From Lepidodermella squamata (taxonomy: Eukaryota; Animalia; Gastrotricha): a stretch of DNA of 64,000 nucleotides. Position 1 is the stretch's first letter. The number at the start of each line of letters is the position of its first letter. Below, one piece after another: positions 11,596 to 21,110 of this stretch. A program made the position numbers and the translations under genes. The notes under the pieces are model-generated. The model searched no databases. It had not been told where the DNA came from and saw nothing but the letters and a program-made list of their open reading frames with translations. The DNA lies in assembly GCA_047495785.1 (NCBI GenBank), contig JBLDXI010000042.1:310001-374000 (forward strand), read 5' to 3'.

Positions 11596-12186
11596 ATGTC
11601 TGCCTTCGATCATAAGGACGAGCCCTTTGTTGATTCCTTTCCCGAGATCCTTCCCGTCTTCGCCCCGCCGCCTATCATCATCTCTAGCGGTTCCTCCTCC
11701 CCAGCGCCGGTTCCGTTACTGACCCCCTTGGCTGAACCGCGAACACCAACGCTCGAGGTGCTGTCGCCGCCGTTGGTCGAACCTCCGACCCCGGAGTTTG
11801 AACCGACGTCGCCAACGCCTGTTTCTTCACCGATACTGCCGGTTCCAACGTCGCCTACGCTGTCTCCTTCATCCGTTCGGCTTGAGGTGCGCGGCTCTAC
11901 TCGCTACCCAGTTGCCACAATCGGACATCGCGACGAACCATTGCGTACCATCCGCCGGCAGTTGCGCCGTCAGCGCCTTGCGATATCGTATTCTCGACGG
12001 GCCGCCGCTCTTCGCCGTGGTGCGCCCTATAACGAGGCTTTCACGGCGGAGGAGTTATTTCGAGCCTTTGACTCGTTGCTGACGCGGCGTGTTGGATCCC
12101 GAGCTCCTGAACCTGCTCCTCCTCTGACTCAAGACGCTGAAACCCAGACCGAACCTATCTATCTTACCTCTTTCCGGCGCATATGA
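11596..12186 (+). CDS. Antisense accessory ORF inside the LTR element (Pro-rich, Arg-rich, TQT motif); 196 aa from ATG 11596, or 242 aa from ATG 11458
   Basis: Open, GC-rich frame with no overlapping long sense ORF. Acceptor-like tttcggttccag just before ATG 11596; AATAAA at 12302; DAETQT at 12133-12150. Confidence 0.6.
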   Translation: MSAFDHKDEPFVDSFPEILPVFAPPPIIISSGSSSPAPVPLLTPLAEPRTPTLEVLSPPLVEPPTPEFEPTSPTPVSSPILPVPTSPTLSPSSVRLEVRGSTRYPVATIGHRDEPLRTIRRQLRRQRLAISYSRRAAALRRGAPYNEAFTAEELFRAFDSLLTRRVGSRAPEPAPPLTQDAETQTEPIYLTSFRRI

Positions 12187-12351
12187 TCCTTCTTTTGTGT
12201 TAACAAAAAAATTCATTAACTATTTCCACTGCATTTCCTTGTTAAAATGTTCAACTGTGTATCATGCTTTCACGGCAAATTAATGAGTACTTGTAATTAT
12301 TAATAAACACTCCATGCAGGCATTTCAGTCTTTTATTATTCACATCGGGTT

Positions 12352-14619
12352 TTAAAACGAGGTTTCTTTTACGAATTTCGCAACGAGTTGCTTTGCTGAA
12401 ATGCTGCCGTCGTTTTTCAAAACAGCCCAACGCCAGAATCGGCCATGCATACTAGTCGGTATCGTGCTCAGATACTGCTGAATCTCATTCCGTGACGCTA
12501 TTGGCGTAGTTTCCGGTGTAAAATCTTGCGACTTCGAGCTAGTTGCTGCCGTGTCGTCTAGCTTGGCTTGAATTTGCACGATTGGTTTTGTAGATGAGTT
12601 AGTTTCGAACTGTGATCCTGATAGAACTTGCAGTGACGGCATCGCAGTTGGCTGCCAGCTTGGCTGAGACGCGTTATTCATTCTTGATTCCATCAGCATT
12701 TTCCCGATCGTTATCGTCGCCATTATTGCCAACGTACTTTCGAAGATGGCGAAGATTGCTATTGCGAAGTTGATTGTCTGCAGGTGCTGGTCAAACCATG
12801 ACTGCTCGTTTTCCGTTGTTGTTAAGGCTTCGACATGCTTTTTGATTTCTTCTATTCGCTTCTGCTCGTCGCTTTCCTCTTGGATTTCCTTATCGGTTAG
12901 ATTTGCAATTTCGCGCTTAGTTGCTTCCATTTCTTCCAGCCAGGACTGATTGTTTGTTCTTTGAAGCAGGTTATCGATTTCCTTCGTTAAGTTATAGCTT
13001 CCTACGGCCGTTTCATTTGCGCCGATCACATCAATGGTACCATTATCGTAGACCGTTATGAGCTTTTCCTCTGCTTCCAACGTACAAGAATCGGGTTCCC
13101 GGGCTTTCTTCCATTGTTGGTCTTCGTAGCGGATACTTTCTCCGCAACCCAACTTGAAAACGTAGCCGGCCTTGTCGTACATTTTCGCCAACGTCGTTCC
13201 GTTGTTGAATTTTATCGATATCTGGCCAGATTTTGTTAATAACACGCTGTGGTCGCCAATGTCGACAAGAGGTTTCTCGTTTTGGCATGTCGCCAGGCTC
13301 GTTTTTGTCAGAACTTTCGCATCGAATGTCAGCATTTTGATGTCGTTCCTAGCCGCTATTTGCAGCCAGCTAGGCGCCCGTTGAAGTCTGCAATCTTCTT
13401 GGCTGCAGATTCTCATACCTTTCCCGATCCTGAGGCAGTTATCGAGGCACGCTTTTTCTAATTCGAAATACTGCCCCTCGCATTTGACTATGCCATCGCT
13501 TTTGTCAGCCTTGTCCATTGTTGTCAGACAAGCTGAATCGCTTCGGAGTGAAATCGTCCTGAATTTGAGCAGTTTGCATTGCGTTTCGTTCAAGATCGGC
13601 ACGTCTGCGGTTAGCATCACATCGAAATCATCTTGGATTAGGCGAATTCCTACTTCCGCTTCGATCAGTAATGGTCTCCCTAGCGCTAGGAGTTTCAAGG
13701 TCGTATTTGTGATGCCGCTTCGCTTCGATAATTGTAGCAGTAAGTTTTCTCTTTGAAACGCTGGTAATTCCCGGATGGATACGTATCCTTTTTCGCTGCT
13801 GGTATGGAGACGCGCCGCTTGATTGAGAGCTGCATGTCGGTTCATAAGCTTGGTCAAGGCGATAATTCCTGTTTTCGCGAAGTACTCCAGCTTCATTTCG
13901 GATTCGGATAATTCCCGCATTGCTTTTGCTGCCGCGTCGGCGTTTCTATCGATTTCCAGGACCTTATCCGATAGCTTGTCCTGTCGCCTTGTTATCAAGG
14001 TATCTATTCCTCGGACGTTCTTGAATTGTGCTTGCTCGTGTTCCATTTCGTCGGTGGCTGCCAGAAGGGCCTTTTTATTTTCCGTCGTGGTGCCTTCGCT
14101 GCACGTTTGCCCATAGAAAAAGTAGTTGGCAAGCCGTCCCAGCGCGCTTGAACACCACCATGACTCTCTCCTAACTCTCCTCCCCTTTCGCTGAGGTTCC
14201 GCAAAGGTCAGGTTCTCGCTGCATTCCGGCTTGAATCGAAGGACCGTGCAGTCGGACCGGGAGTAGCCATACTGGAACTTGCAGCCCACCGCGTCCAGTG
14301 AATCGCACCGCCTTTGGTGATCGAACGGTGGAGCGACGTGCTTTGTTTCCAGCTCTTCCCACACGTATGTTAGGTCCTTTAGTTCATCGGGTCCGTTCCA
14401 GCTAAACAGCAGCCGCAATGGAGCAGAGTCCTTGATTTCTTCCCTTATCGCCACCGGCCATCGCTCGATTTCGAACAGGATATCTTCTTTTTCTATTGCC
14501 GTCGCCAGGATCGTTGGTAGGAAGTGGATTTTGCTCTCCGTCGAAAAAACGAAACAGATGCAGACGATGCCAATGGAGAGCCCATTCATTTTCGGTGTCT
14601 GCATCAGAAAATATTTCAT
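12352..14619 (-). CDS. env: env-like class I fusion glycoprotein (ORF3), 755 aa
   Basis: Signal peptide, polybasic furin site RKGRRVRR, heptad repeat, Cys-rich region, many N-x-S/T sequons, second heptad repeat, TM (INFAIAIFAIFESTLAIMATITIG), long tail. Confidence 0.85.
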   Translation of the reverse strand: MKYFLMQTPKMNGLSIGIVCICFVFSTESKIHFLPTILATAIEKEDILFEIERWPVAIREEIKDSAPLRLLFSWNGPDELKDLTYVWEELETKHVAPPFDHQRRCDSLDAVGCKFQYGYSRSDCTVLRFKPECSENLTFAEPQRKGRRVRRESWWCSSALGRLANYFFYGQTCSEGTTTENKKALLAATDEMEHEQAQFKNVRGIDTLITRRQDKLSDKVLEIDRNADAAAKAMRELSESEMKLEYFAKTGIIALTKLMNRHAALNQAARLHTSSEKGYVSIRELPAFQRENLLLQLSKRSGITNTTLKLLALGRPLLIEAEVGIRLIQDDFDVMLTADVPILNETQCKLLKFRTISLRSDSACLTTMDKADKSDGIVKCEGQYFELEKACLDNCLRIGKGMRICSQEDCRLQRAPSWLQIAARNDIKMLTFDAKVLTKTSLATCQNEKPLVDIGDHSVLLTKSGQISIKFNNGTTLAKMYDKAGYVFKLGCGESIRYEDQQWKKAREPDSCTLEAEEKLITVYDNGTIDVIGANETAVGSYNLTKEIDNLLQRTNNQSWLEEMEATKREIANLTDKEIQEESDEQKRIEEIKKHVEALTTTENEQSWFDQHLQTINFAIAIFAIFESTLAIMATITIGKMLMESRMNNASQPSWQPTAMPSLQVLSGSQFETNSSTKPIVQIQAKLDDTAATSSKSQDFTPETTPIASRNEIQQYLSTIPTSMHGRFWRWAVLKNDGSISAKQLVAKFVKETSF

Positions 14620-14620
14620 T

Positions 14621-17600
14621 TTAGTGTTTTCCTGGGTCCGTCGGAACCCTGGTTTTGGAGCGGGTGGTTAGCCCCCCCTCCCTTGCTATGATATTACTTG
14701 GGTCCACCTCCCTACGAATGTTCGCAAATTTTCCCGAGTTTTCCGGAAGTCGGCTTTGCTGAGATTGCACTTCCGGTTGGGTTGAAGGTTGAGAGACGCT
14801 TGCGCCGTCAGGTCCAGTGCTTTTGGCTAGCAGGGCAGACAAATTCTTAGCATTTACCATCGGCTTCCCTGCGGAGATGGCCTCAGCTCGTTGTAGCACC
14901 TTGTTTGCTGCCTGCTGCATGGGAGAGGGTCCACTATCTTTATACTTCGCCGCGAGTCGATTCATGACCTCCGTTTGCGTAGCCTTAAACGGTTGTGATA
15001 GCGCAGTTGCCACCGGGGCGGGATCTTCTCGTTCCCACGCAAACTCGGGAGTACTGCTTTTTCGCTGCGCCATCGGTTCCCTTGCCGTTTGACTTGCTCC
15101 GATTGCTTCGCTCGCTGTCATTCTGGCGACTCTCTCCTCCCAGCTGACTGCTGAATTATCGGTGGCTGGTTGGGCGGTCTCGCCTGCTGCCACCATCTCG
15201 GCGACGCTCTGCTCCCAACTTCTTTCACGATAGGGCTTGAGCCGATTTCGATGGACGACCATTTTTGCTCCATCGTCGATGCATTCGATCTCGTAATTTC
15301 TTTCGTCCAGGATGTCCTTTACCTCACAGACTTTGGACCACAAAGCCGTGAACTTTTTCGGTTGTCCCACCGGTATTGCTGGATCGTACAGGCAAACTTT
15401 CTGACCGATTTCCAGCGGCTCGGCATTTTTCGAATTTTTGTCGTGTGCAGCTCGCTGCTTTTCCCGGGCCTTCTCGAGTTTGTCGATTGCCATTTTGTGT
15501 GCCGCTTTGAGGAACTGCCGGGTTTCCTCCGCGAACTTCTCCACCGGGCGGGTCGCTGCCTGGTCTTCCGTGTCGAATAGCCAAGCATCGATGCGCATAG
15601 GTGGGTTTCTTCCCATTTGGAGTTGCGCCGGGGTCATGCCGTGCGAGTCGTGCACTGATGTGTTGTACGATCGAATTGCGTCGGGGATGAACAGATCCCA
15701 ATCTTTCGGTTTGTTTTCGTCCCTTATCTTCGTGACGATGTTTTCGAGTGTCCGGTTCATCCTTTCGATAAAGCCATTGCATTCGGGATGGTATGCTGTT
15801 GTATGGACGTGCTTCGTGCCCCATAGATTGCATACTTCTTCGACCACCTTCGCTTCGAAGTTCGTGCCTTGATCGTTCAGTAGTTGCATCGGGCTCCCCC
15901 ATATGCTTACATAGTTTTTCAGGCACTTGAGCACTGCTTCCGCTGTGGTCGAGCGTAGTGGATATGCCGCGATCCATTTCGTGAAGTGGTCGCCGATTAG
16001 CAGAACGTGCGTGTGTCCGCGATTCGAAGTCGGGTGGATCGGTCCCATCATATCCCAACAAACTAGTTCTCCCGGGGCGCTAGTCTCGATCGACTTCATT
16101 GGCGCTACCGGTTTGGGGTTTGGCGCATTCGCCTTTTGACATCGCGAACAAGTTTTCACGTATTCTTCTGCGTCGGCTTCGTAGTTCGGCCAATAGAATC
16201 GCTCCTTCAGGCGAGCAACCGTCCTGTCGATTCCCATATGGCCTGCTTCGTCGTGCAATTCCGACAAGGCTTCCAGTCTTAGAACTTTCGGCAAGTAGAT
16301 TTGATCCGGTTGGCCCTGCCTTCGTCGCACTAATACTCTTCTGTTTGTCGCGAATTCGGAGTTCTTCTGCTTGGCTTTGTTCTTCAGATCGTCCGTCTCC
16401 GGGTCCAGATTCTGGGCTGCTTTAATTGTAGCCGGCGTGATCATATTGATGTCGATGTTGTCGACTCGCCTTGAGAGAGCATCCGCATTTCCGTGTTTTC
16501 GGCCGGCTCGATGGACAACGTCCATGTCGTATTCCTGAAGCAGCATCTGGTACCGTGCCAGTTTTCCTCCGTGATCCTTGCATTTCTGGATCGTGACTAA
16601 CGGGTCGTGGTCGGTCACCAGCAAAAATTTTCCGCCTTGCTCGCGCGTTTTCAAGTAGCATCGAAACTGCTTGATCGCCCATACAATTCCGAGGAGTTCT
16701 CGCTCCGTGGTTGAGTAGTTTCGTTCGGTTTTTGTCAGCGTTCTGCTCGCATAGGCCACGACGACTTCCTTGCCGTCGACTTCTTGACCAAGTACCGCAC
16801 CGATCGCGTAATTTGATGCATCCGTGAAGACAATGAACGGCAAATCAAATCTGGGGTATGCCAATATTGGTGGCGTTGTTAGCCGTGTACGCAGCTCGTC
16901 GAACGATCTTTGGGCTTCCTCGGTCCACTCGAACGTTTCGTCCTTTTTCCGAGTGAGAGCCGTTAGCGGTTCGGCGATTTCCGCGAAGTCCTTGATAAAC
17001 CGGCGATAATACGACGCCAATCCCAAAAATGATTTGACCTGACCGACATCCCTCGGACGTGGATATTTCTTAACCGCGTCAGTGTTCCGAGTGTCCGGGC
17101 GGATTCCGTCGGCCGACACGATATGGCCCAAATAGGTCACTTCCTTGCACGCGATGTTGCATTTGGACGGTTTGATCTTCAAATTAGCTTCGCGCAGACG
17201 GATGAGGACCTTCTCCATACGTTCCAAATGTTCCTCGAAAGTGTTGGAGAAGATGATTATGTCGTCGAGGTAGACCAAGCAAGTGTCGAAGAGTAGTCCA
17301 GCGAGTACGAATCCCATGAGCCGTTGAAATGTCGCCGGCGCGTTGGCCAACCCGAATGGGAGCACTTCCCATTCCCATAGGCCTCCGTTTGTGCAGAATG
17401 CTGTTTTCGCTTTGCTTTCCTCATCGAGTCCGACCTGCCAGTAGCCTGATGCCAAGTCGAACGTTGAGAACCATTTTGCTCCGCTTAACGCGTCGAGTGT
17501 TTCGTCGCACCGTGGTAGTGGCATGGCGTCCTTGACCGTTACCATGTTTAGAGCGCGGTAGTCGACACAGAACCTGGTGGAACCGTCTTTTTTCTTCACC

Positions 17601-18694
17601 AAAACCACCGCTGATGACCAGGGGGAAGAACTTGGTCTGATGACGCCTGCTGCTAACATGTCTTCGACTTCTTTACGGATTTGTTGGCGTTCGACGAAAG
17701 TGACTCTTCTTGGCGCGGCCTTGACTGGGCCGCCCGTCGTGATTATTGTGTGCTTGACTTTGGTGCAGCGTCCAAGGTCGCCTTTTCCTGACGAGAACAC
17801 ATCGCTGTACTTCCTGAGAAGCTTCCGTAGTTGCTCCTTTTGCTTGGGTGTCAGGTTGTCGCTGTCCAGGTTCACCATTTTCCAGGCTTCCGACTTATCT
17901 GTTGGCTCGCCTTCGCTTGCAGGCTTAGGTTTCTCGATGTCGGCGGAGTCTATCTTTTCCACGAGCGCTAGTTTCTGACCCCTGTTAATTTGAATGGGTG
18001 TCACTCCCGCGTTTACTACCGGGACCTGGACCTTTCCGTTGGTGACTGTTACTAGCGCCCTGCCGACTAGGAGGGCACTTTCCGGGTTCCCCCGTTGAAT
18101 TGGGTGTGTCATCGCCGTGGTACCCTCTTTTTCCGAGACCTCTGCCGTTACCATAAAAATGCATCCCGGTGGAATCACCCTATGTTCGGACGCAGCTATT
18201 TTTGTAAAGATCTGGGCCTTCCCCACGTATCCCAGAAATGGGTTACGATTCTCCAAGCGTGATAGCTTAACATTTTTTCCCCCGATTGTCATGCTGCCCC
18301 TCTTCCAGCAAATTCGATCGACGAATTTGTCGAGGAAATCTGCGCCCAATAAACCATCCGCTACCAGGCCTTTTATTAAAACGAACTCGTGGCAAAATTC
18401 CAGGGTCCCAATCTTGAAACAAATTTCTGCCTTGCCCACCACACTTAAAGGTTTCCCGTCGGGTCCTCTGGCTTCCGCGGGGACACAATTCGCGAAGCCC
18501 TTTACTAACTCTGCTCTTAGACAACTGGAGTAGGCGCCCGTGTCTAAAAGCAGGTTCCCTGACGCGCCGTTTCCCAGGGTGGCTTCAACTGCTAAACCTC
18601 TCCCCTGGTGGGCGCGGCCCGCGGGTCCTGTGTTGTTTATTGCGGAATGTTGGGCCGTCGCTGCCCGCTCGGCGTCGGCCCTCTCTCGTTTCCC
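14621..18694 (-). CDS. pol: gypsy pol (protease, RT, RNase H, integrase, ~200-aa low-complexity extension), expressed by -1 frameshift
   Basis: LLDTGA; FDLASGYWQ, PFGLANAPATFQR, YLDD; TDAS, ERELL, TDH; HHCC zinc finger and D,D35E core (WDMMGP, NDQG, GFIERMNRTL). Confidence 0.97.
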   Translation of the reverse strand, partial: GKRERADAERAATAQHSAINNTGPAGRAHQGRGLAVEATLGNGASGNLLLDTGAYSSCLRAELVKGFANCVPAEARGPDGKPLSVVGKAEICFKIGTLEFCHEFVLIKGLVADGLLGADFLDKFVDRICWKRGSMTIGGKNVKLSRLENRNPFLGYVGKAQIFTKIAASEHRVIPPGCIFMVTAEVSEKEGTTAMTHPIQRGNPESALLVGRALVTVTNGKVQVPVVNAGVTPIQINRGQKLALVEKIDSADIEKPKPASEGEPTDKSEAWKMVNLDSDNLTPKQKEQLRKLLRKYSDVFSSGKGDLGRCTKVKHTIITTGGPVKAAPRRVTFVERQQIRKEVEDMLAAGVIRPSSSPWSSAVVLVKKKDGSTRFCVDYRALNMVTVKDAMPLPRCDETLDALSGAKWFSTFDLASGYWQVGLDEESKAKTAFCTNGGLWEWEVLPFGLANAPATFQRLMGFVLAGLLFDTCLVYLDDIIIFSNTFEEHLERMEKVLIRLREANLKIKPSKCNIACKEVTYLGHIVSADGIRPDTRNTDAVKKYPRPRDVGQVKSFLGLASYYRRFIKDFAEIAEPLTALTRKKDETFEWTEEAQRSFDELRTRLTTPPILAYPRFDLPFIVFTDASNYAIGAVLGQEVDGKEVVVAYASRTLTKTERNYSTTERELLGIVWAIKQFRCYLKTREQGGKFLLVTDHDPLVTIQKCKDHGGKLARYQMLLQEYDMDVVHRAGRKHGNADALSRRVDNIDINMITPATIKAAQNLDPETDDLKNKAKQKNSEFATNRRVLVRRRQGQPDQIYLPKVLRLEALSELHDEAGHMGIDRTVARLKERFYWPNYEADAEEYVKTCSRCQKANAPNPKPVAPMKSIETSAPGELVCWDMMGPIHPTSNRGHTHVLLIGDHFTKWIAAYPLRSTTAEAVLKCLKNYVSIWGSPMQLLNDQGTNFEAKVVEEVCNLWGTKHVHTTAYHPECNGFIERMNRTLENIVTKIRDENKPKDWDLFIPDAIRSYNTSVHDSHGMTPAQLQMGRNPPMRIDAWLFDTEDQAATRPVEKFAEETRQFLKAAHKMAIDKLEKAREKQRAAHDKNSKNAEPLEIGQKVCLYDPAIPVGQPKKFTALWSKVCEVKDILDERNYEIECIDDGAKMVVHRNRLKPYRERSWEQSVAEMVAAGETAQPATDNSAVSWEERVARMTASEAIGASQTAREPMAQRKSSTPEFAWEREDPAPVATALSQPFKATQTEVMNRLAAKYKDSGPSPMQQAANKVLQRAEAISAGKPMVNAKNLSALLAKSTGPDGASVSQPSTQPEVQSQQSRLPENSGKFANIRREVDPSNIIAREGGLTTRSKTRVPTDPGKH

Positions 18695-19818
18695 TGGTTC
18701 GACGAATCCTTCCTGGGCGAGCGACATTCGAACATTCTGTGCCCGGCTCGCCCGCAGTTCCAGCAGCCGCTGCCGCCGCCGGATGATCTAAACGGTCTTG
18801 GTCGATTTCCTGGTGGAGGTCGTCGGTTATTGCCACGAAAACTCCTTCTTGGGTCAGGTTTCCCATCGCCTGGTCGTTGATCAGGCCGTTTGTCGCGGTT
18901 CAGACTCAGGGCGCTGACTGTTTGCGTTACCGCATTTACAACTGCTTCGCTGACTATCTGCTGCATTGACATTGAGTTTTCCTGGGGTTCCACATTGTAA
19001 ACCATGGTCGGACCCGCCGCCGCGACCGCGGGGTCCTTGCACATTCGTATCGCCTTTTCTTCTCGTTCGGCATGCTCGATTATTTTCGGCATGTCCGTTG
19101 TTGAGTCGGCAAATCGGTATACCGCCGCTTTGATGTCAGATCGTAGCCCGTTGAGAAAACATGCTTTGATGAGGCTGTCGTAGCCGTCCGGCATTTGCTC
19201 CTTCAATCCCGCTAGCGTCGCCAAGCGCTTCAGGGCGTTGTAGTAGTCGCACACTCGCTCCTTCGATTGCTGAGTCCGGCTGATGAGCTGAGCGTTGGCG
19301 GCATCTTGATCCGGTCGTAGTCCTGCGCCGCTTTCGATGATCTGCCTTGCTTCCTTCAGTGATGTGGCTGACTTAGAGCTATTTTCCCAAGCTTCCCTAA
19401 GCCTGCCAGACAATTTTGTGGGTAAAATAGTTAAACCTCTATTCAAAATTTCAAGTTAGTCTTTCATTTTGGTTTTGTCGTCCGCAGACGCATCTGGTTT
19501 GCTATTATCCGCTTGGTGAAGCGCTATTTTTGCACTGATTTTGGTTAAAAATTGATCGTCCACACCGCAAGCAGTCATCCAAGCCTCGAAATTTTTCCAT
19601 GATTCATCAAATTTTTCAAAAGTTTCGCCCTCAATATCTTTCATTGAGGCGAGGTAGCGATAAAGATCAGATTTAATACTTGAGGCCATTTTTGTTCTGT
19701 TTTCTTTGATAAATTGCTCAATCAAATCGTTTAAAAATGCAAAATCTGGATTTGGTACTGGTTCGAGTTTCAATGTTACACTAGATTGCTTTCTTTCTTC
19801 GGAACTTGCTCTTGACAT
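18637..19818 (-). CDS. gag: gag with CCHC zinc knuckle, interrupted by one in-frame TAA (19458-19456)
   Basis: ORFs 19818-19456 and 19446-18637 are in the same frame; QQSKERVCDYYNALKRLA capsid-like motif; CWNCGRAGHRMFEC. Confidence 0.85.
18642..18694 (-). promoter_or_regulatory. -1 programmed ribosomal frameshift signal
   Basis: G GGA AAC in the gag frame (18694-18688), 6-nt spacer, stem GGGCCG..CGGCCC (18681-18652); loop GCGG can pair with downstream CCGC. pol is in the -1 frame. Confidence 0.85.
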
Positions 19819-19915
19819 AAGATCAAACCCGCTAACAGTTGATGTTTAATTTGTTTGTTTCAAAAAAATTCAAATTCCCACGGATGTGCGCTTTTTTCCT
19901 TTTTCGAGATTTCCG

Positions 19916-20123
19916 ATATTTCAAAATCCAGATTCTAGCTTACGTAATTTTCCGAATTTCAGAGATTTTCAATATTTCAAAATTCAGATTCTAGCTTACG
20001 TAATTTTCCAAATTTCAGAGATTTTTAATATTTCAAAATTCGTATTTTTGCCTTTGCGTAATTTCCAAATCTCAGAGTTTTTCAAAATTCTTATTTTTAG
20101 CTTTGCGTAATTTCCAAATTTCA
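19916..20123. repeat. About four degenerate ~50-56-bp tandem repeats in the element's 5' UTR
   Basis: Unit atatttcaaaat(c/t)cagattctagcttacgtaattttcc(g/a)aatttcagagatttt. Confidence 0.8.
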
Positions 20124-20578
20124 CCTGCTTAGAAATTCAGTTGAGGTTTCCCAAATGTTTAGAACGAGTACCAAAAATAATTTTGAAGTCTTGGGATCTG
20201 ATAATTTTCCAGCTGGGGTGGCTCTGTTTCAGAATTTTGCGACTTCCCCAAAAAAAAAATTTTCAACAGTAGGTAGTGAGGCTTGATGATGCTTGCGTTT
20301 GCAAAAATTTAGATGATTTTCCAAAGCAATTGTTTTGGGTATTCGGGGCCTTCAAATTCGCAACTTACTTAATGGTTTTAAGCGACAAGTGATAGCTACT
20401 TGCCCCTCCAAAACCGCCGTAGGCAACAATATTAAATTGCCCAAAAGTTTGCTGTTGAGATGATTGAAGCCGTTGGGTTGATTGAGGGTCGATTGAGGCC
20501 GTTGACTTCGAGTGGATTCGCGCTATTGAGTTGATCGAGGCCGTTGAGTCGATCTTGCCTATTGAGTTAACTGTGGCT

Positions 20579-20592
20579 CACCGCTGCCACCA
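20579..20592 (-). other. Primer-binding site, tRNA-Leu type
   Basis: TGGTGGCAGCGGTG, 1 nt after the 5' LTR, complementary to the ...CACCGCTGCCACCA 3' end of eukaryotic tRNA-Leu. Confidence 0.8.
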
Positions 20593-20593
20593 A

Positions 20594-21080
20594 TGTAACC
20601 ACTGGGTTCTTTATCCAACAAGTCAACTCTAGTATTCACTCTACGCTTTATTATCAGCAATTATTACAACTTGACTCTAGCAATGCTACTACCTGAACTA
20701 CTAGCGGTGTCACAAAGCCAATGTTCACGGTGTTTATATAGTGCTGTACCAAGCTGTTGTCTTGTTAGCGCTGCCCATAAAAGGATAGATCGGATTACCA
20801 TATACGGCTTGCTTTGATCCATCGATGTTACCAAATATGGTGAGCGGTATAATTAGCTGTCGGTATCGATAATGCGAGTTGTTACCGTGTAGATTAAGCG
20901 TAGTGCGAATGATTGACAGGTGTAGGTGCGTCGGTGCCGGTGCATTGCGTAATGCACGCACTCACAAGATATGGCTAAGTACATACACACCAAGAGCGGT
21001 AATGTTATGTCATGCGTAACAAGGTGTAAGAGAGTGTATCAAAAATACTTAGCGCGCTGAGGTTATATTCAGCCGCTACA
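20594..21080 (-). repeat. 5' LTR
   Basis: 487-bp direct repeat of 10607-11093. Confidence 0.97.
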
Positions 21081-21110
21081 AAATCATGAAAATTACAAAT
21101 TCAATTCAAA

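Larger units (their letters stand above)
10607..21080 (-). mobile_element. Ty3/gypsy LTR retrotransposon with env-like gene (endogenous-retrovirus-like), full length and recent
   Basis: Two 487-bp TG..CA LTRs, 4-bp TSD AAAT (10603-10606 / 21081-21084), PBS, PPT, gag, pol (PR-RT-RH-IN) and ORF3. Confidence 0.97.

Noticed and set aside
12746-18880. Many short antisense or alternate-frame ORFs over env and pol
   Set aside because: Shadow frames of GC-rich coding DNA.
19916-20123. CRISPR-like periodicity
   Set aside because: Degenerate tandem repeats without unique spacers, in the UTR of a eukaryotic retroelement.
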